A DNA stretch of 49,261 nucleotides from Candidatus Micrarchaeota archaeon (lineage in GTDB: Archaea > Micrarchaeota > Micrarchaeia > Anstonellales > Bilamarchaeaceae): NCBI GenBank assembly GCA_037440825.1, contig JBBITJ010000005.1, positions 1-49,261 of the forward strand, read 5' to 3'. The translations under genes were made by a program, and so were the position numbers. The notes under the pieces were generated by a model that was not told the origin of the DNA, ran no database searches, and was given only the letters and a program-made list of their open reading frames with translations. Every line of letters starts with the position of its first letter. The stretch's first letter is position 1. Shown one piece after another: positions 47,084 to 49,261 of the stretch.

Positions 47084-48380
47084 ATGGACAAGACGGACAG
47101 GAAAGAGAAGGAGAAGGAGCTGCAGAGACTCATTTCGCTGACTTTTGACGAGAATCCGGAAGTGAGGAAGCAGGCCGCCCTCAAGCTCTCGGAAAGCGAC
47201 GAGCCCGGAGCGACATTCGCGCTCCTCGAGCTCACCTACGACAAGGATGAGAGCGTGAAATCCCTCGTGAGGGAGATACTCTCCAAGAAGCCGCCGCAGG
47301 ACAAGGATTCGATCTCCTTTGCGGACCTATTCAGCCAGCCGGAAGTCCAGGAGCAGGTGCCTGCCGCAGCGCCCACCCCAGAGGAGGACATGAAGAAAAA
47401 GAAGCTGCTCTCCCCGGTGGAGCAGATATTCGAGAAGCGGCTGGGCAAGACCAAGGCCGCGCTGGTGAAGGACAGGATGATGTCCACCATCGAGAAGATT
47501 TACATCAAGGCGGTCTCGTCCAAACCCGAGGACTCGCAGAAACGCGAGAAGAGTATGCAGAAGATGCTCACGTCCTACGCGGACATCCTTTCAGGGCTGG
47601 ACAAGCTAATGTTCGAAGACAGGAATGAGCGCGAGGAGAAGATGGCCGAAGTGCAGACCGTCCAGGAGGCGCAGCCCGNNNNNNNNNNNNNNNNNNNNNN
47701 NNNNNNNNNNNNNNNNNNNNNNNNNNNNNNNNNNNNNNNNNNNNNNNNNNNNNNNNNNNNNNNNNNNNNNNNNNNNNNCCGAGCCGATTCTGGAGGAGAT
47801 AGGCAACAAGCCCGATTCCTCCAAGATCGCGCAGGACCTTTCCGCGCTCGCGGCGCAGGAAGACACGCGGGATGAGCTGCCCAAGGAACTCTTTCAGGAA
47901 GACGATTCCGCTTCGGGCTGGAATAAGTCCGTGTTCAGGAAGGCCTACGAAATCATGATGGCCGCGGATGGCGACGAGGAGGTAATGGAGCAGCAGAGGC
48001 AGGACCTCCTCAAGCAGCTCGAGAAGGAAGTGCACCTCGCGTTCAGGCTCGCGAAGCAGCGCTTCAAGTCCGAGAACATAACGCACCTCACGGAACTCAG
48101 GGACGGAATGAGGAACGTGAATACCGACATCCTGACTGTGAAATCCTGCGACCTTGGCGAATACGCCAAGACCAAGACCAAGAAGGACACCTACGCGCGC
48201 ATCACGGTGAATGATTCGGAAGGAAGCGAAGGCGTGGTCTATCTTTTCGACGGAAGGGGCAAGGAGGTGCGCCCAGGCATGATGATAAAAGTGGTTAAGG
48301 GCCAGGTCAAGACGTTCAATTTCTCCAAGGAGACCGCGATAACTGTGGGCAAGAAAGGGAGCGTCTATATTGTCCTCTAA
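47084..48380 (+). CDS. HEAT-repeat plus C-terminal OB-fold protein (gap 47679-47778)
   Basis: DENPEVRKQAA / DKDESVK HEAT repeats; C-terminal ITHLTELRDGMRNVN...ITVND...LFD...GMMIKV..G.V is RPA/SSB-like. Confidence 0.65.
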
Positions 48381-48970
48381 CCTGTCCGTCCGGCCTCGAT
48401 CACAGCTATCTTCTCGAAGAAGAATTTCTCTTCGTCCAGTATCCGCGCCGCGAATCCGACCTTCCGCAGCTTCGCCTCGGTGCTCCCTATCCCAGCGAGG
48501 CTGCTCTCAATCATCAGCATCGTCCCGTCCTTTTTCAGGAATGCGGGGAATTCATGCAAGAATCGGTCCGTGATCTCCCTGCCGCTCGGTCCTCCGTCGA
48601 ACGCGAGGTTGAGGTTTCCCTTCACCTTCTCATCTTCGGAAGTGGGCAGGTATGGCGGGTTGAATATGATCGCATCGAACGTTCCGCGGACATCCGAGAA
48701 CAGGTCGCTTTCCAGGAATTCCGCGTTCATCACCCTGTTTTTCTCCGCGTTCAACCGTGCGTTCCTAACTGCGGAGGGATTCAGATCTACTCCAAGCACC
48801 CTGTTCGCCGGATCAGCTTTCGCGCACACCAGCGCCTGAATCCCGCACCCCGTCCCGATGTCCAGCACACGCCCGCGCAACCCTTTCGCGTATTTCGAGA
48901 GCAGAAAACTGTCCTCAGCTGGCTCGTAGACGTCCGGGAATACTTCGAGCTCAAGACCGTAGAACTTCAC
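48377..48970 (-). CDS. HemK2/Mtq2-family release-factor glutamine methyltransferase
   Basis: VYEPAEDSFLL, LDIGTGCG, FNPPY, DGG..GR. Confidence 0.93.
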   Translation of the reverse strand: MKFYGLELEVFPDVYEPAEDSFLLSKYAKGLRGRVLDIGTGCGIQALVCAKADPANRVLGVDLNPSAVRNARLNAEKNRVMNAEFLESDLFSDVRGTFDAIIFNPPYLPTSEDEKVKGNLNLAFDGGPSGREITDRFLHEFPAFLKKDGTMLMIESSLAGIGSTEAKLRKVGFAARILDEEKFFFEKIAVIEAGRTG

Positions 48971-48980
48971 GCCGTCCCCT

Positions 48981-49261
48981 TCATTTCCTGATCAGCATCT
49001 TCCTGGCCTCGCCGACAACGAGAATGGAGGCGGCGGCGCAGAATGCCACTATGGTGTCGGAAAGCGAGAGCGGAACCGTGCCGGCCATCTCCATGAAGAG
49101 CCTCACGTTCACGATCGCGAGCTGCACCGCAACCACGGAGATTATGGCGAGCACCATCCACTTGTTGCCCGCGAGCGAGCTGTAGAACGGCTCCTTCCTC
49201 GACCTGGAATTGAGGGCGTTGAACGCCTGCATGAGCGCGAACGAAGTGAACGCCATGGTCA
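48981..49261 (-). CDS. Cation-transporting P-type ATPase, C-terminus (partial)
   Basis: TMAF...QAFNALNSRS...NKW...QLAIV...PLS...E..K. Confidence 0.85.
   Translation of the reverse strand, partial: TMAFTSFALMQAFNALNSRSRKEPFYSSLAGNKWMVLAIISVVAVQLAIVNVRLFMEMAGTVPLSLSDTIVAFCAAASILVVGEARKMLIRK

Overview
Archaeal chromosomal segment from a scaffolded, MAG-type assembly with six 100-N gaps. Gene content (RadA, pelota, aIF6, L31e/L39e/S19e/LX, SRP54/FtsY, GGR) and multi-intron tRNAs, including tRNA-Ile(UAU), point to a DPANN archaeon, most likely Micrarchaeota (inference). Most of the window is housekeeping: purine synthesis (purS-fused purL, purQ, purF, purN), translation, RNA modification, repair and lipid genes. 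Highlights: (1) an AT-rich locus at ~10.55-10.92 kb where a stand-alone Cas2/VapD-like gene is bracketed by two inverted ORB-like 13-mers at an apparent G/C strand-skew switch, a candidate replication origin or terminus module; (2) a 16-bp palindrome TGTAACTATAGTTACA shared by the promoter regions of that gene, purF and (14/16) purL; (3) a VirB2-like pilin plus VirB6/CedA-like membrane gene at the left edge; (4) two double-intron tRNAs whose long introns carry a dispersed degenerate heptamer repeat family; (5) a ~1278-aa membrane-anchored surface protein; (6) a dif-like inverted repeat near ino1. All protein calls come from motif recognition by eye; no database searches were run.
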